Positions 25,604 through 37,689 of a stretch of 64,000 nucleotides of DNA are shown here, piece after piece (the stretch's first letter is position 1; the number at the start of each line of letters is the position of its first letter). Position numbers and translations under genes: made by a program. The notes beneath the pieces are model-generated. The model was not told where the DNA came from and ran no database searches. It saw nothing but the letters and a program-made list of their open reading frames with translations. Source of the stretch: Gnetum montanum (lineage: Eukaryota; Plantae; Gnetophyta); contig MNCI01000273.1 in the NCBI GenBank assembly GCA_015680685.1, positions 214,324 through 278,323 of the forward strand, read 5' to 3'.

Positions 25604-28600
25604 CCAATTTTGAGAGCAACTTGTTGCAACCGATTGATTATATCCTTAGCTACTCTAGACATGAACTCTACCTTGTTAGGGACCTCTACCCATGGTTTCA
25701 TGTGAAATGTAGAAGTAGAGGCATATACTTGTGGCTCAGTAGCTACAACAAGTATAATAATCAATGAATGGTTAGAATGAAAATTAAACATAGAAATAAG
25801 ACATAATGAACAACAAAAAAGTATATTCATACCTAAGTCATCCTCATCTGAGATGATGACTAGGGGTTCCCTTGGCAATGGTTCATCAAATAGAGCATCT
25901 ACATCATCCAACATAATGGTGGTCAAACCCTCTTCCTCATGTTACTTTAGGAGTGCCTTCTCTAACTGCATCTACTCTGCTACTACTACTATGGCTTAGG
26001 TCACCAATTCTTGTCACTTTTCTATAATAATAGTAAATGCAAAATGTTAGAAAAACTTGACATATTTCACATAATATAAGATAACAACATTCCCTTAAAA
26101 TATAAAACACAGAATAACCTAAACATAAAACAAAATTAGAGCATACCTATCTTTGCCCCATGTATCTAGCCAAACTTGAGAGTGTAAGCCTTCTCTTGGA
26201 AGGTTTCTTGGTGGCTTGTGCTACATCCTCAACCATGGGCCACTTTAACTTATCTCTAACAACCTCATCAGCTTCAACATGTAAGTCCTTGGCCCTCTCA
26301 ATGTTGGCTTGATCAACATGAGGCTCAACCCCCATGTTGTGCGGGGAAGCACAACACCTACCAATAAGTCCCTTAGTGGTGATAGATAGTAATTCCCCAA
26401 CATCCTTTGATGGGTTTTAGGCCTACATGGTTGGATAAATGTGCTTTATCCAAGGCTTAGAGAGTTGGGATGGGTCTTCACTCATTCATCACCCATTCTC
26501 CTCATCACTAAGAACTCTGTGAATCTTCTCAAATATGCCACAAAGAATACATAGTTCATGTGGTATATTTTGGTGATATCATCTCAAAGTTTGAGTATTT
26601 CCTCCCATAAGCTAGATCCCAAGTGATCAGCCTAGTTAAACCAAGAACCTTATGTTAGGAAATTCATCATGGTCCATTTCTAGGTGATGTCGATTACCTT
26701 CTATTGCAGCAATTGCTTTGGAAAGATATGGAATCTAAACAAGGGATATGATTCCCTAACTTATGGAACTTAGAAATCCTCCAAGATTAACCTATAATGG
26801 CTACAAAAACCACCCAACAATGATTCCACCTCCTTTCAATGGCTTGACTCCTTTACTAGTTTGGTGGCAACTCTCATTCCTTCAATGGAAATACCAAAGA
26901 GGTCACAATTGATATCCACATTTATGGGCAAGGTGATCGGCACATTATGAACCTTGGTGGTGAACTTATTGACTCCTTCATCAAAGGAGTGAATAATTAT
27001 TATCATCTCAATAGCAGATATGGTTGGTCTAGGTGCCATCAAAAGCTTAAGAAAACCTGCATGAGTAATGTTTTCTTGAACATTTCTAGGTGTATTTTCC
27101 ATCAACCAACATTGTGTTGATTCTACCTCATTGTATTTTAGGATGAAAATATACTCTAGGATATCCTAAAATAACCAAAATGATCCTAGAGAAGGTGGAA
27201 GCCCCTACAAGACAAAAAAAATGGCTAGTTAGGTTAGCCAAAGGCACATAACATAAGATCAAAATATGACAAGAATAAAAAATTAAAAATATCGTAATTC
27301 AAGCAATAAAAAACACATAAAGCCAAAATAGCATAGTATCATGTAGCCATGAGAATGTTAGTATAACATAACAAGACAAAATAAAACAAAACTTCTTCCT
27401 AACTTTCTTCTTCTTCCTACTTGATGAGGGTTGTGTGGAGGTCCCAATAATGGTTCCCTTTTCTGGAATGCATTTAGGGGCCATCCACAAACTATGGGTT
27501 GTCTCAATGGCTACACACCTATGGAATTTTGGAGCAAATATCTTAGTGTATTTATAAAAATTATCATTTAGTTTACCAACCACTATGATACTAATTATTA
27601 GGCTTTTGGTAAATACACACACTATGCTTTGAGCCATTGCAAAGTTTTAATCATTCTTGATCAAAACTTGGTCTCTAATCTTGTACCTACAAGATATTGA
27701 TAAAATGAATAAGCTAAGGAAGAATAGGTAAACCAAATAAACCCAATATATGACCAGAAATCAGAACTATGCTAACCCTTCCAAATGGCATACTATGTCA
27801 TGAGGATTCCAAAACAATGTGTGGGTCCGGTGTGCCACCATCAAAGTGTCCTTAGCATTGTACTAAGAGAACTCTAGCATGTTTAAGATTTGGAATAGCT
27901 AGCAAGTCCTCATAGTATTATTACTATCAAACACTTCCCCTTATACATGGTTCTTAGGATCATCCATTACAATCTAGAAAATCATATTAGAAGACTGAGG
28001 TAGTAGGATCTTCACAATGACATTGGTTGTGTAAGGAGACAAGTGTGACCACATCATCACACTAAATTTTTGCAAGAAGTAGGCCAGGAAATCTATTGCC
28101 CCTAGCTAGAACCACAATTAATCCTACTTCAAAACATTAAACACGATAATGAAATTACAAAAACATCCACCTTAACATCTCAAACTTTTTTAAAAAAACT
28201 TGAAACACTATGCAAAACCTTAACAAGGTTTAGCCAAAATTTACATAACCACACTAAAATTGGTGAAAATGGCCATAGGAAATCACTACTAGAAAATATC
28301 AAAAAAATTTCCAACACCAATAGAATTAATCATAAACCATCCTTGACATCACTAAGTATCCCTAGGAACATAGGGCAATTGTGGAAAAAATCATCCAATG
28401 TGCCAACGTTGCCCATATTTAGAGGGGTAAAATTGTAGAAGCCAAAAGCCTTGTTTTGTGCAAACTTATCGTAGAAATTGTAATACATTAATCACTTAAC
28501 AAAATTCAATGATTTTATAGTCATTGGAATCCTTAAACCATAATCTAAAGACCCAAAAATAGAAATCATAAAACATTTTAGTCACTATTATAAAAAATGT

Positions 28601-29350
28601 GCCAAATTGACATGAAGCTAGTAGTAATGGCAAAACCCTAATTCATGCGAGCTTAGAAAAATATTTTTCTAAAATTAATTACATACCCAAATTTAGTGAT
28701 TATAAGACTACTTAAATCTTGTAAAAAAACCTAAAAACTTGTAACTTGAAAACAAAAAAATTCAAGGTTGTGTTTGTAGAAACAATTCATGAAGTGGCAT
28801 GAAAAACTGAAAAATAGCATGGTATTGCACCTACATTAGTTAACCAAAACAATCACCTAGGATTAACTGCAAACTATAATTACATGATTCCATTGCCATT
28901 TGAAACCTTAAATCTTAAATTAATAACCCATAACCTCAAAAATTCAAAATTACTAGCCATTTTCTTAAGAAAAAATTTCAGAATTGGTGTTTCTTTTTTA
29001 AGAAAAATAGCAAAAAAATTTAAAATTAATTGAAACAAGTTTTATAACCATACATAAATCAACTCTAATACCAAAGAAACACTGAAAACACATAAAAAAA
29101 CATCTATAAAAACCATAGTATTTTCTTAAAATTTGACTTTAATCAACATAGTATCCTAGATATGAGAAAACACCTAGGACATAGGCAAGGAAAAACCTCA
29201 AAAAACACAAAATTGGCCAAGAGTAGTGTATGTGGGGGTGATCATAGCAAATCCTTACCAAATCATGATATTGGAAAGGTCCTTGTCTATTGTGTCATCA
29301 TCTTCCATGGTAGGGTTCTTGATGCTACTTACCTCCCTCTTCTACATGGC
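25604..29350 (-). pseudogene. 5' and central exons of the antisense accessory gene of B (FCP1/NIF-like exon 27777-28123; PMD-like exon ~26147-27205)
   Basis: LWF*LGAIDFLAYFLQKFSVMMWS...YNAKDTLMVAHRTHTLFWNP and HAGFLKLLMAPRP...IHSFDEGVNKF...DLFGISIEG, bounded by GT/AG-type junctions and T-rich introns. Homologous and colinear with E 39212-42830. Confidence 0.75.
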
Positions 29351-31080
29351 AGTGTACAACACAAGAAACCTTTTAAAAATTTTGAAAATTTGAGTGGTAG
29401 CACTATTGTTAATGGGTGCTAGATGAGAAACACTAGAGGTTGAAGGGTTTTAAGAAAAAATGTCTATCAGTGCTTTACATTGATTCACTATAGGTAAGAA
29501 AACAAGTTGTGAAAATGATTGTTCCAAAACGTTGCAAGTAAAAATCAAGTTTCAACCTAGGCACCCCCTTTGAAACCTCCATTGCCATATTCATGAATTG
29601 AAGCTCATCGTGCACTAATAGTTCAAAGGAAGGAAATTTTAAACAATGTTGGAATGATGGAAGTTCCAAAACAAAGTTTAGAATTTCAATTTGGGTTGGC
29701 CCCACAAGGTGCCTCCTAAGAAAAGTGGGTTTAAGACATTAAAACCTCCTCTACATTGGGTTTAACCCTCCTTGAAATCCCTAAAAGCCTTTTTCAACCT
29801 CATAATTCCATCACCCATGTTGGTCATCATGGAGGCAACGTGGGTCCTAGTGCCCCATGTTCAAAATAAGAAGACCAATACACACCTTACCATATTTAGC
29901 ATCCGAATGTTGACATTAGTGAGTACCAAGTCCCAAGAGGGGCTAAAACCCTTCATAACACTTACCACTTTGTGTCATAAAACTAAGTAGGAATTCATCC
30001 ATGCTACCCAGCATTGCTCAAGGGGGTATAACATCCAAAAGTATCATCCAAATATTAGTTTAACCTTTGCATGAACCCATAAAGCCTGAAACCCCATAGG
30101 ATACCCTTGACAACTCTAAAACCTTGTTGAATCTAATCAAAAGTATTAAAAACATTGAAATGTAGTAGAGAAACACTAGATGACACATCATTCACATTGG
30201 CCAACATGGCCCTAGCATGGTTGTGTGGGGTATAACTACATAATACCAAAATTAACTTCCCAATTGACATATTTTGGCCTTAACACCTCTCTTTAGTCTA
30301 TAGTAGTGAAAAATCAACAAAATACAAGTTGAAATTCATGTAAAACACCATCCCCACATTGGGGAATCCTCACCCATGGTAATTAGCATGGGTCCAATGT
30401 GGTTACCTTGGGTGTGACTCTTAAAAACCAATTAACACACTAAAATAGCCTTGAATTACATCCCTATGATCACAAAACCTTGCCAAAGCCTCCGAGAACC
30501 ATTAGACATCATAAAATAGTAAAACTCTATCATGTCCCCTCCATCCATGATGTAGCCACGTTGTCCAGTGTGGCTCAAAGGAAGATGACTACAAAAAATA
30601 GTAAAAGGCCTTCAAAGTGACTGATTTTGGTGCCAAACATCAACTATTGACATCTACCATCCTAGGAGCTTGAATGCTTGCTCAATCCGATGTCAAAACC
30701 CACAAAACATTAATATTTTAAGACAGCCACACTAGCAAACATGACTTCAGTGTGGACAAGGTTCTTTACCACTTTTGACAAGACTTCAACATGCAAGAAA
30801 GCCACAAAAAAAAAAAAACATAGTCTAGTTGACCACATTTCATCTTAGTTTTCATACTTTCATTATGATTCAATATTTTTTCACCTTGTTCAAACTTTCT
30901 TTAACCTTATGTGGCCTTTTTTTCACCTACCTCTTATAGCTTTGGTTGACCTTGTTTTCATATTTTTTGACATTTAAATAGCATGTGTTTGCATAGTTAT
31001 TAAGATATTTTATGTCATTTTGGCACTATTTACTCAAATTTTCCCAAGTGCCACTTAATGTGCTTATAGTTGATATGCAA

Positions 31081-33610
31081 GATTGGAGTATGAGTACCTA
31101 GGAGCAAATAAATTCACCTTTGAGACTAAGTGGGCCCCATGGTGATGTTGAGTGGTGTATTAATCCAAATTACCTAGATCTTAAGCTTGAGAGTCTCTTT
31201 GAAGAGTGCCCTGAAAACCTACTCAAAACCATTAACCTAGAGGCTAGCAACATTACTAAAGACTCTTTGGCTAAGCTTCCTATCATGATACATAGTGCTA
31301 AGGAGAAAACACTAAAATTAAGTTTTCCACTAGAACCGTAGTAGGCTCAAGACATCACCAAGGTCCTCCAAGATAACATTAAGGTCCTTGCCTAGTCATA
31401 TGAGGATTGGCTAGGTCTTGACCTGCATTTAGTCTAATACAACATCATACTTGATCCTAGAATTTGACCAGTCAAGCAAAAATTTTGTAAGATTAGACTT
31501 GATTTGGCCCTAGAAATTCATAATGCAATCATAAAACTATACTAAGCTAGTTTCATTAGAGTCATTGATTACATAGAATGGGTTTCCAACATAGTGGTAG
31601 TCCCTAAGAAAAATGGGACTATACACATTTACATCAATTTCTGCCTAAATAAAGTAACTATCAAAGATGATTTCCCTTTGCTTAGTATTGATAAACTTAT
31701 CAATACTCTGAATAGACATGTCTTATTATCATTCATGGATGGGTTCTTGGGATACAACCAAATTAGCATTAACCTAGAGCATTAACTTAGTATGATTGTC
31801 ATGACCCCTTAGGGTACCGTTTGCTATACTATGATGCCCTTTGGCCTAAGGAATGTAGGAGCAACCTACTGAAGAGCTATGACATATATCTTTAGTGAAT
31901 ATATCCTAGGTTTGCTCAATGATTACATAGATCATATATCTGTTAAGTCTAAATTGGTCGATAACCATGACCTTGACCTTATGCTTAAATGATGCTTCAA
32001 GTATGAGCTTAGGCTTTACCCTAAGAAGTGTGTCTTTGGCATTAAAACTAGTAAGATGCTTAGCTTTGTAGTATCTAAAGTAGAAATACATGTCGATGCT
32101 AATAAGGTTAAGGTCATATCCAACTTGGCAGTGCCAAATAATCTTAACAAGCTTCAACGATTGCAAGGTTGACTACAATTTATTCATAGGTTTATTACTA
32201 AGCTTACGAATAAGTTCCAACCCATGAAACACTTTCTTAAGAAAGGAGTTCACTACGAGTGAATGGCTTAATACTAAGAAGCCTTTGAAAAATTTAACTA
32301 AGAGTTGGCACAAATACTAACATTCTATCCTCCACAAGAGGATAAAATTTTTTACATCTACCTTACTATCTCTAACATATCTATTGCCTCTCTACTCTAT
32401 TAGAAATGAGATGATGGAGTGGATTTACTTGTATACTACTTAAGCCATGCATTAGTTGATCATGAAACCCGATACACTGAAGTGTAGAAGTATTGTCTAG
32501 CCCTAGTCTTCTCATTGAAGAAGTGGAGACACTACCTCTTTCGAAGCCAAGTCAATGTCATTTGCAAAGATAATGTGCTTAGAGACATAATGAAAAACAT
32601 TTAAGAAAGTAGTAGGATAACTCATTGGAAAGCCATAACAATAGAGTTTGATCTTGATTACATTTCTCAAGCATTAACAAAAGATCAAGCTATAGTTGCA
32701 TAACTCATTGTTTCACCAATAGAAGACCATACAATCATAGAACCTAAATTTCCCAATGAATACATCAACATTATTAGCAATGTACCTAAGGGCTATGAGG
32801 TGATCATGCACTTTGATAGAGTTTCAACCAAACACTACAGCCAAATACTACATGAAGTAGGTTGAAGCTATTCCTCTATGGAAGACAACATCTCAACAAG
32901 TTTGTAGATTCATATTGGAAAACATAGTAGCTTGTTTTGGCATACCCATGACCCTAGTCACAAATAATGGACCATAATTTAGTATGCAAGAGACAAAAAT
33001 CATTTTTCATGAGCTAGGCATTAAGCATTTCTTCTCATCACCATACTACCCCCAAGCCAATGGGCAAGCCAAAGAAAGTAGTAAGGCCATCATGAACTTG
33101 CTCAAGAAAATGATAAATAACAACAAACACAAGTGGCATCAGTAGCTTGTCCACGCACTTAGGACTTATCAAATAACTTTCTAAATGCAACTAGTGTAAC
33201 TCCATATAGCCTAGTTTATGTTTCTAAAGCTATTTTACCTCTTGAATTGTAGGTGGCATCACTCCAAGTAGCTGTATCAGACTTCATCAATGATGAATAG
33301 AACATAGATCTACACACCATGGATATAGACTCAGTAGGAGAGTAGTGAGTGTGAATGCTTGCTCATGTTAAGTGGTACTAGAAGAGGTAGAAATGACAAT
33401 AGCATCGTAACCTAAAAAAATGCAAGATCAAGTAAGGAGACCTATTCCTCAAAGCTTTCTATGAACATGTGAACAAATTCTCACCCAACTAGGAAGGGCC
33501 TTTCTTGATCACTAAGGTCTATGACAATAAAGCCATTAGGATAGCAAACATGAATGGTAATGAGTTGGCTAACTTAGTTAATTATTCCTAATAGAAGCAC
33601 TATTACACAT
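31081..33610 (+). pseudogene. pol of element B: RT, RNase H, start of aRH, integrase core and C-terminus (internal deletion at ~32830)
   Basis: WVSNIVVVPKKNGTIHIYINF, DDFPLLSID, LSFMDGFLGYNQI, MPFGLRNVGATY, LQFIHRFI, YYLSHAL, SSPYYPQANGQA and N*EGPF. Confidence 0.92.
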
Positions 33611-33905
33611 GGGAGCCAATAGTTGACATTAGAAACCTTTACAACCAATGAAAAGAGAGCCTACATGATCCTTTTTTGCACAAAAGTTGAACTATCAAAC
33701 TTTGCTTCACATGTCCTTATGCATTATTTAAACAACATATATTCTTTGTGTGGATTTTTTGTTCTTGGAGTTGTGCTTCTAGGATGAAGCCTAGAGTCAT
33801 ATAAAGGTGCAAATCATTATGGTAGCAAGTCATCTTGTGATCTTAATTCAAAAGACTCAATGAGTTTATCCTATTGTGCCAAGAGTGCTTATTCTACTTC
33901 ACTCC

Positions 33906-35062
33906 TATAACAACCAAAAAAATCGATGGCTAGAATCACCAAGGGATTAATGAATGCATAGCCTTAACGCCACCTCTACATGAGGGCCTTGTTGGAAATA
34001 AAGGCAAAGCATCCTAAATGATCTTGTTGATCAAATAGGAACTTTGCTAGTTGCAACCAAGGCAGTGGATGGAACTAAGGGGGTGGTGTGCTTAGTTTAA
34101 ATGCAAACGCAAATAGGACAAAAATGGTGTTAAGGCTCAAAGCAGTGTTTCATGGTGCTAACTGTAGAGCATATCCATGGAATGGGGGAAAATGTATCCA
34201 AGGGTTTTGACTAAAATGAGAGCATCAACCTATGGAGACTACCACCCAAATGTAGTACAACATGATAATGCATGAAACAAATGCAAGTAGATGCATGAAA
34301 AATGCAAAAACAATGATAGAAATGGAAGAGAGAAATGGAATACCACCTCAAATGGGAGTGTAGTTAACTCCAAAAGGGTCTTAGAAGGTACACAATGTAC
34401 AACAAGCATAGTGGAAGTGAAATCACTATCTTAGTGGTGTTAGGCCATGAATTCTAGCACTCACTGTGATGAATCATGCCTACTGGGTTGGCTACTACAA
34501 TGTATCATGCAGTGTTCTACAAGGCTACAACAAGGCTACAGTGGGCCATGATGTGCAACTCTACCCCTCTACCAATGCATCTAGGTCTCATTTGCCTAAA
34601 GATGCTCAGTGTTGAATGCCAATTGCAAAGTGCTAAATATTCTCACATCCAACGAATGCCAACCACTTGGAAATGCCAATTGCCTAGGAATGTAAACCAT
34701 CCAGGAATGCCAATCACTAAAATGTTAGGGGTATAGGGGTATTTATAGGGCTAAGTTTATTGCAAAACAGAAATTCGGTGCCACGTGGTAGTGTAGTAGG
34801 TAGAACTACAAGAAAAATTCATAAAAATTTTTAATTCTAGAGGTGACTAGAAATGTTCAAAAAAAAATTTAACTTTAGCTACTATGCTCACCCTATGTTA
34901 CACACAAGATGCATAACTCAACATTTAGAAAGAAATTGCAAAACTGGTAGTTGGACCTAACTACACTCAACACTTGGAAAAATTTGGGCAAAGTGCCATC
35001 ATTTTGATACTTAGCCAGATTTGCAATCGAGATGCCAAGACCTAAAATTTTGTGGTGTTTCA
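33906..35062 (-). mobile_element. Solo LTR (A/D-related lineage) with perfect 5-bp TSD
   Basis: Reverse complement starts TGAAACACCAC and ends GTTGTTATA; its end aligns with the A and D LTR ends. ACTCC flanks both sides (33901-33905 and 35063-35067). TATA box rc CCTATAAATAC at ~34740. Confidence 0.9.
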
Positions 35063-35753
35063 ACTCCCATTACCTCTTCTTGAGCCCATCCCCATATCCT
35101 GATTATAACCTTCCATGCCTTAAGAAACAATGTTAACCAATGTTTGACACTCATGTATTATGGTTATATGACATTCCATCATCATGCTCCACCTACAAGT
35201 CCATCAAATGTAACACATCTCATTTTATGAGAAAGAAAAATCAAACCTAGCTTTGGAAAATAATCCTAATGAAGGTTTTTCCCCACAAAAAATAGGAGAG
35301 AAAACCAAACTACCAAGAAGTAGAAAGGCCAATGAAGATCAAAAGACAAACTGATGACTCCAAACATGCCAAGGGAGGATCAGAATGGCCAAAAAAACCT
35401 TGGAGTGAGATGTTAGTTCCTCAAACACATTGACAAGTGGTCAACACCTTGAAACATGAAGTGCAAAGACTTATTGATTGACCAACATGTTAATGCCATA
35501 TTATAATCATGATGTCAATACTTAGAGCTCATTATTAACCCTCATGACCATGTCCTTATAGGAAAATATTTCCTTTATCTTATGTCATCCGATCCTAACC
35601 TTATGCCACCATCATAAGCACTCGTTGGCATGGTTTGACACTACTAAATCAAGAATGGAAAGGAAACATCAATGGTAGATTTGTAGTGGTGTTTTGTATT
35701 CTTTGTCAATGTCTCTCAGGTCAATCCTCAAGACACAAAAAAAGATTGGCCAA

Positions 35754-37209
35754 TGAAACACCATTAAGAAAATACATGTTGTAACCTTTTGACATTGTAA
35801 CTTTTACCCCATGAAACCTAAGGCTAAAATCTCATTGTAAAATGTGAAAATTATAATCCACAAGATGCAATTTCACATACTTTAACTTTTGAGGAAGAAA
35901 AAATGCATCATAAGTGATCATAGCCTTAACCCCCAAGTGAAAAAATTCATATTTTATTCATATTTTGGCTTGGGGGGGTCAAAAATTCCTTTTGGACTTC
36001 TAAAATTGACATTTTCATGGGTTTTTTCAAGGGGTGTAACCTTTGCTACGTTGGAATTATTTTTGCTCAATGTTGGGGGGTTTAACTCTTGAAGCCTTAG
36101 CATGGCTTCTATAGCCTTAGCATGGATCATATAACCCCAACATTGGTCGTATAGTTCAACATGCTTAGCATTTGTCTAGGAATCCCAGTGTTGCTCCAAC
36201 AAATCCAATGTGGCTCCTATAGCTCCAATGTGGCATCAGTAACCTTAGCATTAATCCTGCACCCCCAATGTGGGTTTCATACCACTAGTGCGATTTCTAT
36301 AGGCCTAGCATTACTCCTAGAAGGATAGCATGGGTAGAAGAAGCCAACATGGATAAAACTTTCATTTACTATTTCTGGTACCCAGAGTGGTTTTGGTACT
36401 TAGGGGAATCAAATCTTACCATACATGGAAACCATGTTGGATTTAGACACCTGCAACACCTCCACGTAACATCAATTTGTTAGCAATTAGGTAGAAATTT
36501 ATAGCAAAAGCTATTGCCATGAAACATATAAAAACCAAGCTCCAACACCATGAAAATGTTCCACATTTTCGACATTCATGGGCTTTGAAAACTCAGTGTA
36601 GATATAAGGCTTTTGAGATAACCACAGTGTGGGACCTATAGTCATTATAACCATTGTTACACCCTTGAGATTGTATAATATTTTGTGGCAATGCTATGCA
36701 ACCTGGGCAATCAGACTCCCAACGTGGCTCTTCTTCCTAGCCCAAAACGCCCACACATCTTACCAATGTTGTATATTTGGTGAGGACTATAGTGAGGTTT
36801 TATAATTTTAAAAGTTGTGGAGAATTTGGACCATGGAGTTGACTATGGCATTCAAGGCTACCAGCTTCAACAGTCTCTAAACCCCCATTCAAGTAAACCC
36901 TTTGCTTCCTCAAGCATTCCTTGTACACATTTTTGGACTCTCTCTATTTTTTATCATAATAAAGTTTATAGCTTTGTTTTTTGTGCAATTTAGTGTTAAT
37001 TTATTTTTCATTATATACATTTATTTTTTTAGATCTACATTGCATTTTATTTTATTTCTACTATTTACACTCTCTAAGTCCCTAGGGGATCAACAAGACT
37101 ATTTAGGGTACCTTAAATCCTATTTTTTGGAGGTCCTTTGGATCTAGGGCCAAAGCTATTCTACCTAGGATCTTCGATTTTTCAACAATCAAATTTTCCA
37201 ATCACTACA
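35754..37209 (+). repeat. 3' LTR of element B
   Basis: TGAAACACC...CACTACA. It is preceded by GTGGTGTTTTGTATTCTTTG..CAGGTCAATCCTC..AAAAAAGATTGGCCAA, the family 3' UTR/PPT signature, and is not followed by a PBS. Confidence 0.88.
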
Positions 37210-37689
37210 ATGAAAATACTTACATGTTTGCTAAATACATTGAAGTTATTCTGACCAACATATTACCAAGGTTTTGTGTTCTATGTATGAATGTATGTGT
37301 TAGTTTTGAAAGTCCAATTTGGATGATCAATAATAGAAACTTTTCAAGAAAAATCTAACACACAAGGCTTGTTATCTTCTTAAATATTCTTAAACTTAAT
37401 GTAAATAAGATTTTCTTAGATTTTTAGAGGCTTTTTTGTATTTGTGTTTAGGAGGAAATTGCAGGATTTCCCATACCAAACTTTAGTGCTGAAGCTATTT
37501 CCTACCAAGTCTTTTATGTGTGGCACCTAGAATCTATTATGGTAGTTGAAGATCTATATTCAACAAATCTTCTAAAAAATCTTGACATCCACCCATCTCC
37601 ATTTACAATGTCGATGCAATAGAGCAAGATGTTTTAGGCTTTTCTTTCACAACAATCAACACAAAGATGTAAGGCTTTCGACAACCATG

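Larger units (their letters stand above)
1978..37209 (+). mobile_element. Element B: decayed Tat-like gypsy retrotransposon (5' LTR interrupted by A; contains element C and a solo LTR)
   Basis: Partial 5' LTR 1978-2750, PBS, gag-PR ~3490-6970, spacer with antisense gene, pol ~31081-33610, PPT-like tract and 3' LTR 35754-37209. The two LTRs align, roughly 70-80% identical by eye. Confidence 0.8.
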
